The notes under the pieces were generated by a model. It saw only the letters and a program-made list of their open reading frames with translations. It was not told the origin of the DNA and did no database searches. A DNA stretch of 40,000 nt from a bacterium (GTDB lineage Bacteria; Patescibacteriota; Gracilibacteria; Absconditabacterales; Absconditicoccaceae): positions 427,204 through 467,203 of the forward strand of contig JAUIDC010000001.1 of NCBI GenBank assembly GCA_030429145.1, given 5' to 3'. This document shows positions 28,701 to 38,717 of this stretch, piece by piece. A program made the translations under genes and the position numbers. Each line of letters begins with the position of its first letter. The first letter of the stretch is position 1.

Positions 28701-28730
28701 AAAAAGGATAGCGTATGAGCTATCCTTTTG
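28701..28730. terminator. bidirectional terminator (small peptide gene / murB)
   Basis: Stem AAAGGATAGC (28703-28712), loop GTATGA, stem GCTATCCTTT (28719-28728). Confidence 0.65.
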
Positions 28731-28733
28731 TCG

Positions 28734-29795
28734 TTATCCAATGAAATTGACTTCTGGTTCGATGGCTATACCAAGTTTGTCATGACACTCTTTTTGTATT
28801 TTTCTTGCAAAGTGTAGTATCTCTTGTCCGCTTGCTCAGCCATAATTGACGATACATAGTGCTTGCTTCTCCCGGCATCCGACATTTCATTCGCGATGGC
28901 CACGATAGCCTAGGACATGGTCTAGAACTCGTCCAGTAGGAATCTTTATGAACTCCTCATTGATAGGATAGTGTTCTATAGTGAGATCCGGTTTTATGCG
29001 ATGCACTCTTTCTGTAAAATCTTCAAACTCTTCCTGTGTGAGGACGGCGTTTTTGAAAAAACTTCCTCATGTTCCGACTTTATGTCGATCGGGTAGTTTC
29101 TCCGCTCTGATCTCGGTAATGGTATCAATCATATGACGAGGAGTGGGTTTTGTGATGCCTTTCTTTGCTAGCTCTTCGGCTACAGAGCCATAGTTACTAA
29201 TCGGAGCATAAGTGTCAGGATCAAAATGTTGTAGACGAAATGTAACGTCAGTGATGAAAAATTCATCCTTGCGGATTCCCTTAAAGATACTATCGCGATA
29301 TCCAAAGAAACACTCTTTATGCGAAATGGTCTCGTATTCCTTGGTCTCTAGGTTGTATCCTCATACGCTTACGATAGCATTACCTATCTCGGTTCCATAG
29401 GCTCCAATGTTTTGAATAGGTGCGGCGCCAACCTTTCCAGGGATGCTTATTAAATTTTCTATACCATATAACCCATGGTCGATGGCTCGCTCTACAAAGG
29501 AGCTCCACTCTTCTCACGCACCTGCTTTTATAAATACTTCATGTTCATGGTCAGTCACGATCTCTTTCCCTAAAATATTGTTGCAGACAACCAGTCCATC
29601 AAATGTTGGAGAGGTGAGCAGTATATTTGAACCTCCTCAGAGAAAGAGGATCCTTTCTTTATAGTGCACCCATTCACGACTTTGGAGTAACTTCAAAAAG
29701 TCTGCAGCTGTTTCGATAGAAACAAATTGTTTTGCCTTACAGTCTACATGAAAGGTGTTGTACTCTTTGAGTGAGATGTTATGTTGGATTTCCAT
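28734..29795 (-). CDS. murB: UDP-N-acetylenolpyruvoylglucosamine reductase (353 aa)
   Basis: Invisible in the standard-code track because of 6 in-frame TGA. ATG 29795 to TAA 28734-28736, 1062 nt. Motifs: [12 protein letters not shown](TGA=G)[35 protein letters not shown]. Confidence 0.85.
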
Positions 29796-29888
29796 GAGAA
29801 AAGAGCGTGTAGGTGGGAAATAAGTAAAGATATTTTTTGTTTATATGTATATAAGAAGGATAGGCAATGTAAAAAAGTTCTTCTCTTT

Positions 29889-29897
29889 TGGTATAAT
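29889..29897 (+). promoter_or_regulatory. extended -10 promoter element (TGgTATAAT) upstream of recA
   Basis: TGGTATAAT at 29889-29897. A second candidate promoter is TTGACA (29945-29950), 16 nt, TATTGT (29967-29972). Confidence 0.35.
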
Positions 29898-29916
29898 TTG
29901 GGACATAGTATATAAG

Positions 29917-29932
29917 TAGAACGTTCGTTCTA
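29917..29932. promoter_or_regulatory. candidate LexA/DinR-type SOS (Cheo) box upstream of recA
   Basis: TAGAAC-GTTC-GTTCTA has perfect 6-nt inverted arms and matches GAAC-N4-GTTC. It lies 20 nt downstream of the TGgTATAAT element and 116 nt upstream of the recA ATG. Confidence 0.45.
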
Positions 29933-30047
29933 TAAGTGAACTGTTTGACATTATCCGAACTAAAGTTATTGTAGGGGTGAAAGGGGTTGTTTTTGCAAAA
30001 AAACTCTGTATGACTTTCCCGTTTTATTATTAATTGAATGAACGAAG

Positions 30048-31097
30048 ATGGCAAGTAAAAACCAGGTATTGGATGAAGCGAGGAAGAACATTGAGAAGAA
30101 GTTTGGTAAAGGCGCTCTCATCCGCATGGGTGACAGTAGCAATGTATGACTGGTAAATACATTTCATTCCGGATCATATGTACTAGACCTTATTCTTGGT
30201 GGAGGATATCCAGAAGGACGTGTAGTAGAGATATACGGACCAGAATCATCAGGTAAGACAACCATAGCACTTCATGCGATAGCGGAGATTCAGAAGCGTG
30301 GGGAAACGGCTGCATTTATCGATGCGGAGCACGCGTTGGATCCTGCGTATGCACGTACGTTAGGTGTAGATACAGAAAATTTACTTTTATCACAGCCAGA
30401 TTTTGGTGAGCAGGCGCTTGAGATTGCTGAAGAGCTTGCGAAGACGGGGGCTATTAAGCTTATTGTGATCGACTCGGTTGCTGCGCTTGTGCCAAGAGCA
30501 GAAGTAGAAGGTGACATGGGTGATAGTCATATGGGGCTCCAGGCTCGTATGATGTCACAAGGACTCAGAAAACTGACATCTATCATGGCGAAGACAGGAA
30601 CAACTATAGTATTCATCAATCAGATTCGTATGAAAATTGGTGTGATGTTTGGTAATCCTGAGACCACAACTGGTGGTAATGCGTTGAAGTTCTACGCTTC
30701 TCAAAGACTCGAGATTAGACGCGGAGAGAAGATAGAAGAAAATAAGGAACTGATCGGATATGCAACGAAGGTAAAGATCGTAAAAAATAAGATCGCTGCT
30801 CCGTTTAGAAGTGCTGAGATACCAGTGAAATTCAAACAAGGTATCGACAGGGGGCTTGATATCATTGAAGCAGGACTTGCTCTTGGACTTATCGAAAAGG
30901 GTGGAGCTTTCTATACTCTACCAGGAAAGAAAGAGAAAGTGCAAGGTAAGGACAAAGTATTAGAGGTATTGAACAGCGATGAAAAACTTTATAACTCTCT
31001 CAATACAGATATCCAAAACAAGATCAAAGAGCTTCGTTCAGGTAAGAAAGTTCTTCCAGAAGAAGCTTTGGAAGAGATTGAAATGGAAGAAGAATAA
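30048..31097 (+). CDS. recA: recombinase A (349 aa)
   Basis: ATG 30048 to TAA 31095-31097, extending track ORF 30336 upstream by 288 nt through one TGA. Motifs: [12 protein letters not shown] (Walker A), [21 protein letters not shown], the [15 protein letters not shown] loop. Confidence 0.93.
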
Positions 31098-31133
31098 ACC
31101 TCTGTTAGTGCAGATATGAATTATTTCATATAC

Positions 31134-31168
31134 AAAAAACCGTCCTTTGCGCTTTGGGACGGTTTTTT
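31134..31168. terminator. bidirectional terminator between recA and the pilin gene
   Basis: Stem AAAAAACCGTCC (31134-31145), 11-nt loop, stem GGACGGTTTTTT (31157-31168). Confidence 0.65.
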
Positions 31169-31727
31169 AGTATCCACAGATGTAATTGGTGTCGAATCGC
31201 GTTGAGGCATTATATGTTGGTGAGACCTTTTCATCTCCGTTGTTGTAATGAATGTACGTCCGAGTAGTGGGGCTTTCTCTGAAGTAGCCAATGTGTAATC
31301 ACTCTCCAGTAATAGCTCCATTGATGCTATACTTATAACAAAAATAACGATAGGAGAATGTTCCGGTTCCAGCGCCAAATCCTGGGAGATGGACTGCATT
31401 GTTAATGGGATCTACAGGGACGGTATTCATGATGCCTCCTGAAATAAGCCATATGAGAAATTGTCCTGATGAACTGTAATCCCGTCCTCATCGAGAAGCT
31501 ATTTCGGTTCCTCCACTATATCTGTATGTGTGCATCAGAAAACCATTGTCCGCGTTGTAGAGAGAAAAAGCATTGTAGATTTGGCTCATGTCTGCTTTAC
31601 GTTTAGCATCTCTTGCTCTTCATTGCACGTCTCTCAGTCTTGGTACAAGCGCCGCCGCCAAAATACCTATTATCACGATGACAATAAGCATTTCAATAAG
31701 CGTAAATGATGGTTTTTTTGTAGTCAT
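31167..31727 (-). CDS. type IV pilin / pseudopilin with prepilin-type N-terminal methylation motif (186 aa)
   Basis: Absent from the track as a single ORF because of 3 in-frame TGA. ATG 31727 to TAA 31167-31169, 561 nt. The N-terminus MTTKKPSFTLIEMLIVIVIIGILAAALVPRL is the class III signal/methylation motif. Confidence 0.7.
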
Positions 31728-31792
31728 AGAAAGAAAAAAGAATGACTAGAGGTTTTCAATATAGCAAAGCCTACTGGATAAGCAAGAAAAGA

Positions 31793-33202
31793 TTAAGCTT
31801 TTCTTATCTCGTAGTCGAGTCATCAAGCAGTAAAGAGTACAACTAGTTCGCTTTCTAGAGCAAGTTCCATAATTTCTTTTACTTGTTCTATAGTATCAAT
31901 ATACATGGCATCAATTTGTGATGCAAGAAAAGAGCTGATTCATTCGATGGTGGTCACAGCCTCTAATAGATCGTGCTTGTATTCCTTGAGTAACACTGCT
32001 ATGTCTTCTCTGGCGGCATAGATAGGGTAAATAATCACTTTGTCAAACTGTTTCAATACTCTGATCCACTCAGGCCAGAACTCTAATACACGACGCATCT
32101 GGTGAGGCTGCACGATGGCGATTATCTTTTTATCAGGAAATTTCTCTCTGAATGCTTCATAGACAGCATTGATCTCAGTAGGGTGATGTCCATAGTCAGT
32201 ATAAATGTTTGCTCCGTTATCATTTGTTTTGAGATATTCCATCCTTCTTCGGAGCCCAGTAAATGCACTCATGGCTGCAACGAGTTCTTCGTCTGGTCCA
32301 ATCTCATAGGTCTTGCGTCAGAAGAGATTTGCAATCAATGCATAGACGAGTGAAGCATTCTTCTGGTTGTGCTTTCCAAAAATGTGCTGGAGCGAAATTG
32401 GATATGGTGTAATGCGCTGTAACACATCATTTTGGAGTCCTTCTGCAAAGCGTTCAACGCCTTTTTCGCCATCGATCACCCGGATATTCTTCTTTGTCTT
32501 ATTGCCGAGTTGATGGTAGGCTTCGAAGTAGACTTCCTCATTTTTGTAGACGTCGCTATGATCGAGTTCTACATTGAGAACGATAGCGTGGTCGACATCA
32601 AGATAGAGGAAGTGACGATTGAACTCGTCGGCTTCGATAACGAAGCGATATTTTTTGCGAAGCGATTCATCTCGCTCTGTCTGCTTACCATGTAAGATAT
32701 GTTCAAAGATGCTTTTGATATCATCTTTTGCTTTCATATTGAGCCAATAGTTTTTGTTGTCGAGCTGCGGAACGAGTGCTCCTAAGATACCTAGGCCCAG
32801 CTGGTTATCTAGCTGGCTCAACGTGTAGGTTGCAAGAGCAGTTGTCGTCGATTTGCCATGAGTGCCGGCGATGGCGATAGTTTCAAAATGCTTGCTAAGC
32901 TCGCCAATAAATTGGTGATAGCTCAGTGGATAACGAGCTTTTCTCTCGTTGTTTTCTGCAAGCTCTAGAGCATCTTTCACCTCCTTGCTCTCTGCTCGTG
33001 CGTCTGAATAGATGACAAAATCAGAAGCTTTCACCTTGTAAGATCCGTCGGAAATGATCTTATATCATAGCTTCTCTAGTTCGTCGATAATCTGCGTTCT
33101 ATTGGGTTCAATTCATATGACGTTATCTATTCCCAAGTCTTTAAGAATAAACGCAAGCGATGACAATCCGCTTCCTCCTGCTCATACAAGTACTATATTC
33201 AT
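31793..33202 (-). CDS. murC: UDP-N-acetylmuramate--L-alanine ligase (469 aa)
   Basis: ATG 33202 to TAA 31793-31795, 1410 nt, joins ORFs 31940 and 32318 and an N-terminal segment through 7 TGA. Motifs: V(TGA=G)AGGSGLSSLA, IAGTHGKSTTT, DYGHHPTEI. Confidence 0.88.
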
Positions 33203-33276
33203 AGACGATAGCCTCAATAGGTAAAATCTCATTTGTTTATACGGGTTGCATGATTGTTTGCAAAGAAAAACATTAA

Positions 33277-33304
33277 TTGACATCAATCTCTATATCCCTA
33301 CAAT
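33277..33304 (+). promoter_or_regulatory. near-consensus promoter
   Basis: TTGACA (33277-33282), 16-nt spacer, TACAAT (33299-33304). It lies inside track ORF 33246-33524, which argues for the downstream ATG 33330 as the start. Confidence 0.5.
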
Positions 33305-33329
33305 TTTACAGCACCAACCTGATATAACT

Positions 33330-33524
33330 ATGCATCTCACAACTAATAAGTGGTTCGAAATGGCTTGGCCTTTGTGGGTGTGTTTGCTCTTTATAGCTAT
33401 TCCCTTGCTCTGTGCAGGGTATGTGCTATGGGTTTTTATCCAGGCCATCAGAGTTTCTATACACCCATCTCTTTTGGATGAGTACTCACGCAACCGGGTC
33501 AAGCATAAAACAATATTATCGTAA
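33330..33524 (+). CDS. small single-TM membrane protein (64 aa)
   Basis: ATG 33330 sits downstream of the promoter. TM segment WPLWVCLLFIAIPLLCAGYVLWVFI. A terminator follows at 33526-33555. Confidence 0.35.
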   Translation: MHLTTNKWFEMAWPLWVCLLFIAIPLLCAGYVLWVFIQAIRVSIHPSLLDEYSRNRVKHKTILS

Positions 33525-33525
33525 A

Positions 33526-33555
33526 AGGTAGTTGGCATCACCAACTCCTTTTTTG
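33526..33555 (+). terminator. rho-independent terminator
   Basis: Stem AGGTAGTTGG, loop CATCA, stem CCAACTCCTT, followed by TTTTG. Confidence 0.45.
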
Positions 33556-33659
33556 TTTACCCTGATAAATAGGGTGAAGTCAATAGAGTAATGGGCAATT
33601 GGCGTTTGAAAATACCTCTAAATATGTAGGATGAGAATGATGTTTATTTTTTTAGATAA

Positions 33660-34739
33660 ATGATGGAAAATTTTACTATGATGCGAAATTATCTTACAGA
33701 AACCGTATGGTGGAATAATACACTTATGCAGTATGTTGCAGCAGTGCTTTTGGCTGTAGGTAGTTATCTTGTATTGTGGGTGTTTAGAAATCGCGTGGTT
33801 CGCTATCTTAAGGATTGGACACATAAGACGCAAAATAGAAGAGACGATGTAATAGTGGGGTCGATAGGAGAGATCCCAGCATATTTCTACCGGGTTATCA
33901 GCTTGTTCGTTGCTGCTCAGTCGTTACATCTCAATCCTGACATCCTTACAGTGCTTGATGTGCTTTTTGTGGTGATCGTGCTTGGACAACTAGCATTTGC
34001 TGTGAAAAGAGTGGTGTTGGCACTTATGAGCCAAGATAAAGAACATGAACATGCTGGGTCACCAAAGATTATGTGATTTGCAAACTTCTTGGTGAATGTG
34101 ATTGTTCGAGTATTGCTCCTTATGCTCGTGTTGAACAATATGGGCATAGCTATCACGCCGCTTCTTACGAGTCTTGGTGTCGCATGAATTGCGGTTGCCT
34201 TTGCGCTACAAAACATCCTTGAAGATGTGTTTTCTTCTATCTCTATCCACGTGGATAAACCTTTTCGCGTAGGTGATTTTATAGAGGTAAATGATGTGAG
34301 TGGAACGGTTATTAATATTGGCATCAAAACAACCCGTCTGAGAACGATTCAGGGAGAGGAAGTAGTGTTGGCCAATAAAAATGTTATCAATGAAAACCTC
34401 CATAATTATGGAAAGATTCAGGAGAGAAATGTGAGAACGACTATCGGTGTTACGTATGATACCAGTCGTGAAAATCTTGGTCGTATCCCTAGTCTTTTGA
34501 AGCAGGCCGTAGAAAATGTAGAGCATGCAACTTTTGCAAGAGCTCACTTTGTAAACTTTGGTGCTTCATCTCTCGACTTTGAATTTATGTATGCCATAGA
34601 TAATAAAGACTATAATCTCTTTCTTGATGTGCAACAGGAGATTAACTTACATATTGTTGATCTCTTTGCAGAACATAAGATAGATATAGCATTTCCTACG
34701 CAGACGGTGTATGTGCATGGCAATAGCGTGAAAGAGTAG
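33660..34739 (+). CDS. MscS-family mechanosensitive channel (359 aa)
   Basis: ATG 33660 to TAG 34737-34739 joins ORFs 33660 and 34227 through 2 TGA. Motifs: LTSLGVA(TGA=G)IAVAFALQNIL pore helix, FRVGDFIEV...GTVINIGIKTTRLRT beta domain. Confidence 0.8.
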
Positions 34740-34755
34740 ACTATTTTGTTAAAAG

Positions 34756-34790
34756 AAAAAGACTCGGCCCTTTATGGACTGAGTCTTTTT
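34756..34790. terminator. bidirectional terminator between mscS-like and secF
   Basis: AAAAAGACTCGG pairs with CTGAGTCTTTTT around an 11-nt loop. Confidence 0.6.
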
Positions 34791-34803
34791 TATAGCTGAT
34801 TGA

Positions 34804-35757
34804 TTATTGTCTCTTTTGAAATGTCTTGATAACAACGTATGCAAAAGGAACTGCGATGAAGATAGATGAGAGTGTTCCTGCTATCAGTCCAATACCAATA
34901 ACGAATGCAAATGTTTGCATGATACCAGTACCAAAGATCCACATACAGATAACGATGAGAAGTGTTGAGAGTGATGTTCCAATTGTTCTTCTCATGGTCT
35001 GCCAGATACTGTCATCGAAGAGTTGTGCATATGTCATTTTCTTCGTTGCAATCTGTTGAGAGTGAGCTTTCATGTTCTCTCTGATACGGTCGAAGACGAT
35101 GATCGTATCGTTGATACTATAACCCATGATAGTCAGTATCGCGAGGACGAATACTGTATCTACTTGTACAGTCCCATTGATAGCCATGAGAATACCATAT
35201 GCTCCTGCAGGTATTGCGATGTCGAAGAAGAGAGTACTCAGCGTGAGGAGTCCAAGCACTGTTGGAGAAATAAACTCTCTTACCCCCATGAATGCAAAGG
35301 CTACATAGATGGCGATAAATAAGAGACCCAACGCTAGCGCCCAGATGGTGCTATTTTTTACATAATCACCGATACTTGCACCAATAATTGCTTGTTCAAG
35401 GATCCCTCTTCCATCTTCAATATATTCACTTTCTATAAGGTATTGCTGGATACTTGTGCTAAGCTCGTTTACTTTTTCCTGATTGTCTACGGGGATCTGT
35501 AGAAGGATGTTGTCGTATCCGTCTTTTTCACCGACGCTAACAGAAGGAGAAGTGTATCCTTCCTCTTCAAGTAGAGCAACGAGATCTGACTCCACTTTGC
35601 TCTCATCGAGCTGAGCGTCTACTTTCAGTTCCATACCACCAGTGAACTGGATAGAAAGATTGAGATTGGTAAAGAAAAGATATGCTCATGCTACAGCGAG
35701 GATAGCCGAGATAATAAGCCATAGGCCACTACGTTTGATAATAGGAAAGCGTTTCAT
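34804..35757 (-). CDS. secF: protein translocase subunit SecF (317 aa)
   Basis: ATG 35757 to TAA 34804-34806, extending the track ORF by 123 nt through one TGA. Motifs: NLSIQFTGG, GYSINDTIIVFDRIREN, and the C-terminal TM bundle. Confidence 0.82.
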
Positions 35758-35786
35758 ATGCGCTGATTGATAAGATTAAAAATAAA

Positions 35787-36530
35787 CTATTGTGATGATT
35801 GCTCTTCTGCTTGCAGTTTCTCGTAAGCGATACGAGCTGCGTCGTCTTGAGCTTTCTTTTTATTTGGTCCGTATCCGACGGCTATCTCTTTGCCATCTAT
35901 GATGACACGAGAGAGATAGGTAGTCACGTTCCCTTTGGTATCCTGTTCGTAGGGTTCGTCGATATAGAGAGGGATGTTTTTATGTATTTTTTGGACTTCT
36001 TCTTGAAGGAGGGTTTTATTACTTTTTACCTGTCCTTTCTGAATAATTTCCACCTTGCTATAGATATACTTTTTGATGACATTTTCAACGGTTTCTGCGC
36101 CCAAATCGAGGTAAATATAGCCTAGGAGCGCTTCCATACAGTCACAAAGGATAGTTATCTTGTTTCTTCCGTCATTTTTCAACTCGCCTCTACCGAGAAA
36201 AATGGCTTGATCGAGACCAATATCCTGTGCTGCTTCTGCAAGAGTTTCGGCTCTGACGAGCGCTATCTTGTAGAGCGTGAGGGTAGATTCTGGCTCGTCG
36301 GGGAAATCTTTGAAAAGATGGACATTGACTGTTGCACCAAGGATAGCGTCACCAACGAATTCAAGCCTCTCATTGTGAGGTACTGGGTCGCGAAAGTCTG
36401 CAGCATATGACTTGTGGACGAATGCAGTGAGAAGGAGATTCTCGTCTTTGATAAGGCTAGGGTCTATGCCAAGTGTCGAAAGAAAGTTTTTGCAGTTTTC
36501 GAGCTGTGATGTGATGAATTCGGGGAACAT
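35787..36530 (-). CDS. rnc: ribonuclease III (247 aa)
   Basis: Intact ORF with the RNase III signature NERLEFVGDAILG, MEALLGYIYLD, and a C-terminal dsRBD (GPNKKKAQDDAARIAYEKL). Confidence 0.88.
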   Translation of the reverse strand: MFPEFITSQLENCKNFLSTLGIDPSLIKDENLLLTAFVHKSYAADFRDPVPHNERLEFVGDAILGATVNVHLFKDFPDEPESTLTLYKIALVRAETLAEAAQDIGLDQAIFLGRGELKNDGRNKITILCDCMEALLGYIYLDLGAETVENVIKKYIYSKVEIIQKGQVKSNKTLLQEEVQKIHKNIPLYIDEPYEQDTKGNVTTYLSRVIIDGKEIAVGYGPNKKKAQDDAARIAYEKLQAEEQSSQ

Positions 36531-36653
36531 GCGTGGTTGCTATGAGTAAAATCATAGCCCAATAGCAGAAAAGCATAAGAAAACATACTGTTGTGCTGTT
36601 GGACTACTGGTAGTTTTAGTGATTTTTGTGGATTTTGCAAAAGAAAGGAGGTA

Positions 36654-36681
36654 TTGACAATTTTGTGTTAATAGATAGAAT
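36654..36681 (+). promoter_or_regulatory. promoter of the 36705 gene
   Basis: TTGACA (36654-36659), 16-nt spacer, TAGAAT (36676-36681). Confidence 0.45.
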
Positions 36682-36704
36682 GTGTTCGCACAAAAACGTA
36701 AAAC

Positions 36705-37199
36705 ATGGAATCATTATTTGAAAAAATTAAAAATGTTGCTAACTCTTATCTGCCTGAATTCCTGGAGAAGAATAAAGCATATATCTCAGAGGAAAAAAGA
36801 GGTCTTTATCTTTCGGGATATCAATTTGTTCCGATAGAAGATGAGTACACTATGTCTGAGGGTGGTGGTGCTGTTATAGGACACTTACCTGTTGGGAAAA
36901 GAAAAGAGACGAGATTTTTTTCTACAGAAAAATCAACGCGTCTTTTGAATAGAAGGTTATCGGGCCACAAAGATAGGACTAGTTTAGTAACACAAAGCTA
37001 TCGTCTTAGTCAATACGGAGGCGCTGTTTGTGCAGACATTGGAGATGGTCGGTTCTATATACTCTCTGCATCGAATCTACCGCCTTTCTATGACACGCTT
37101 TTCGTGATAGATGTGTTGTTTAAGGCTGGGCTTATTGATGAAGCACAGCAAAAACAAATTAAGGCAGAGGCAACACAGCATGAACACACAGGAGAATAG
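36705..37199 (+). CDS. hypothetical protein (164 aa)
   Basis: Intact ORF with its own promoter and terminator. An internal duplicated GGGAV/YGGAV motif is present. I assign no family. Confidence 0.45.
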   Translation: MESLFEKIKNVANSYLPEFLEKNKAYISEEKRGLYLSGYQFVPIEDEYTMSEGGGAVIGHLPVGKRKETRFFSTEKSTRLLNRRLSGHKDRTSLVTQSYRLSQYGGAVCADIGDGRFYILSASNLPPFYDTLFVIDVLFKAGLIDEAQQKQIKAEATQHEHTGE

Positions 37200-37215
37200 C
37201 AAAACTTATTGTATG

Positions 37216-37243
37216 AAAAAGCGGGGCTTATCCCCGCTTTTTT
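37216..37243. terminator. bidirectional terminator (36705 gene / nusB)
   Basis: AAAAAGCGGGG, loop CTTAT, CCCCGCTTTTTT. Confidence 0.7.
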
Positions 37244-37244
37244 C

Positions 37245-37808
37245 CTATTTCTTTTCTTTTTCGTCTAACTCAGCTATCACTTTATGGAGTATTCCATTCA
37301 CTAGCTTTGGGGTTCCATCATCTCAGTACTTCTTTGCTAGTTCTACCATCTCATTCATGACGATTTCTTTTGGTGTCTTGAGTGATCTGTACTCGGCGTA
37401 GCCGAGGAGGAAGATGACTCTGTCGATGAGATCCATGTCTTCGTATTTGAAACTTGTAGCAAACTTGTTTACACCAGCTGCGATGTCATCTTTGTATTGA
37501 TCATATGTTTTCCCTACTGTCTGGATATATTCAAAATCGATGCCAGACTCGACATGTTTTTCGAAGCTATTTTTGACAATATAGGTAATGTCCTCGTCAA
37601 ACTCTTTTGCAGAAAATTGAGCCGAGAGAGAGGACTTTACTTGTGGAGTTGCGTCTTCTTCTTTTTGTGAAAGAACGGATGTTGGAAGTGAAATGTTTTT
37701 AATTTCTTCCAGCATATGATCGTTGCTGACTAGATAGTCTGCTATCATCTTCTCATAAAAGTAGGTGAGGACAATTTTTCTGGCAACGATACGTGCAGCG
37801 ATGTTCAT
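37245..37808 (-). CDS. nusB: transcription antitermination factor NusB (187 aa)
   Basis: ATG 37808 to TAG 37245-37247, extending track ORF 37323-37811 through one TGA. The C-terminal motif is VMNEMVELAKKY(TGA=G)DDGTPKLVNGILHKV (NusB pattern E.VelAKkyg....kFVNgVLdk). Confidence 0.7.
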
Positions 37809-37882
37809 CAATGACCGTAGAAAGGGTTAAATATGGTATTATTATAAGGAAATAGAGGTGGAAAGCAAAAAGTAAGTAGATA

Positions 37883-37910
37883 TTGACAAGTGTGTTTTTA
37901 TGTTTATAGT
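37883..37910 (+). promoter_or_regulatory. promoter of the 37935 gene
   Basis: TTGACA (37883-37888), 16-nt spacer, TATAGT (37905-37910). Confidence 0.45.
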
Positions 37911-37934
37911 TGAGATTCAATAAAAATAAATAGA

Positions 37935-38372
37935 ATGAAAAAATGGCTTTTTAAAAGATGGTATTTACTCAGGGCTGTGCTTCTGGGTATGGTATGCGCT
38001 GCTATGGTTGGTATAGTAACTGCCTTAAATTTTAATTTGACAGCATTTGCTGGCGTCTCATTTGCATCTATTTCTTTTGGATCGATGTTGATGTCCTACG
38101 AGGCAATTGCAGTACTACCAGCAAAAACCGCAGAGGATAAGCTCCTTGGTAAATTGAGATTGTATATTGGTATAGTAATTTTGATAGGCGGAATGCTCAT
38201 GTTTGTGATAGGCGGAGTGCTTAAGTTGCTGGTACCGGTTTCTCAAGGTCTGGGTGGAGACAAATTTTCATTTTTTTGGTGGATAATGTTGTTTGTTATA
38301 GCTGTTCCAAATATAGGTGCCGTTTCTGCTTACCCATGGCTTCAGCCACCCACCAAGAATGTAGAAGCGTAA
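37935..38372 (+). CDS. hypothetical 4-TM membrane protein (145 aa)
   Basis: Intact ORF with hydrophobic segments and flanking promoter and terminator. I recognise no motif. Confidence 0.45.
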   Translation: MKKWLFKRWYLLRAVLLGMVCAAMVGIVTALNFNLTAFAGVSFASISFGSMLMSYEAIAVLPAKTAEDKLLGKLRLYIGIVILIGGMLMFVIGGVLKLLVPVSQGLGGDKFSFFWWIMLFVIAVPNIGAVSAYPWLQPPTKNVEA

Positions 38373-38378
38373 CATTGT

Positions 38379-38407
38379 ATGAGAAGGTACTCCTTCTCAT
38401 TTTTTTG
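38379..38407 (+). terminator. rho-independent terminator
   Basis: Stem ATGAGAAGG, loop TACT, stem CCTTCTCAT, followed by T7. Confidence 0.7.
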
Positions 38408-38465
38408 TGTAAAAAAACGAGCTGAAAGCCCGCTTTGTTATTGAAGAAAATATCGTGTTACGCTT

Positions 38466-38684
38466 CTACAGTGCTACTCTTGTCTTAGACTTGATAGTGA
38501 GCACTTGTTTTCCTGCGTAGTATCCACATGAAGGACATACTCTATGAGATAGTTTATACTTTCCACAGTTAGAGCACTTTACTCTCTGGTATTTCTCAGT
38601 AAGTTTCACCAAATTGTTTCTGAGCCATGCAGAGTGTCTGATATGTTTCTTGTGTATCGAATTCTTTTTCCTAGGTACTGCCAT
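38466..38684 (-). CDS. rpmF: 50S ribosomal protein L32 (72 aa)
   Basis: MAVPRKKNSIHKKHIRHSAW...CSNCGKYKLSHRVCPSCGYYAGKQV carries the L32 N-terminal MAVPK(R)K motif and the zinc-ribbon CxxC...CxxC. Confidence 0.88.
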   Translation of the reverse strand: MAVPRKKNSIHKKHIRHSAWLRNNLVKLTEKYQRVKCSNCGKYKLSHRVCPSCGYYAGKQVLTIKSKTRVAL

Positions 38685-38717
38685 AATCAATAAACTGGAA
38701 TAGGTAAAATAGAGCGG

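Noticed and set aside
29779-30054. 91-aa minus-strand ORF in the murB-recA spacer
   Set aside because: It covers the divergent promoter region and the SOS-box palindrome, has no start context, and murB already begins at 29795.
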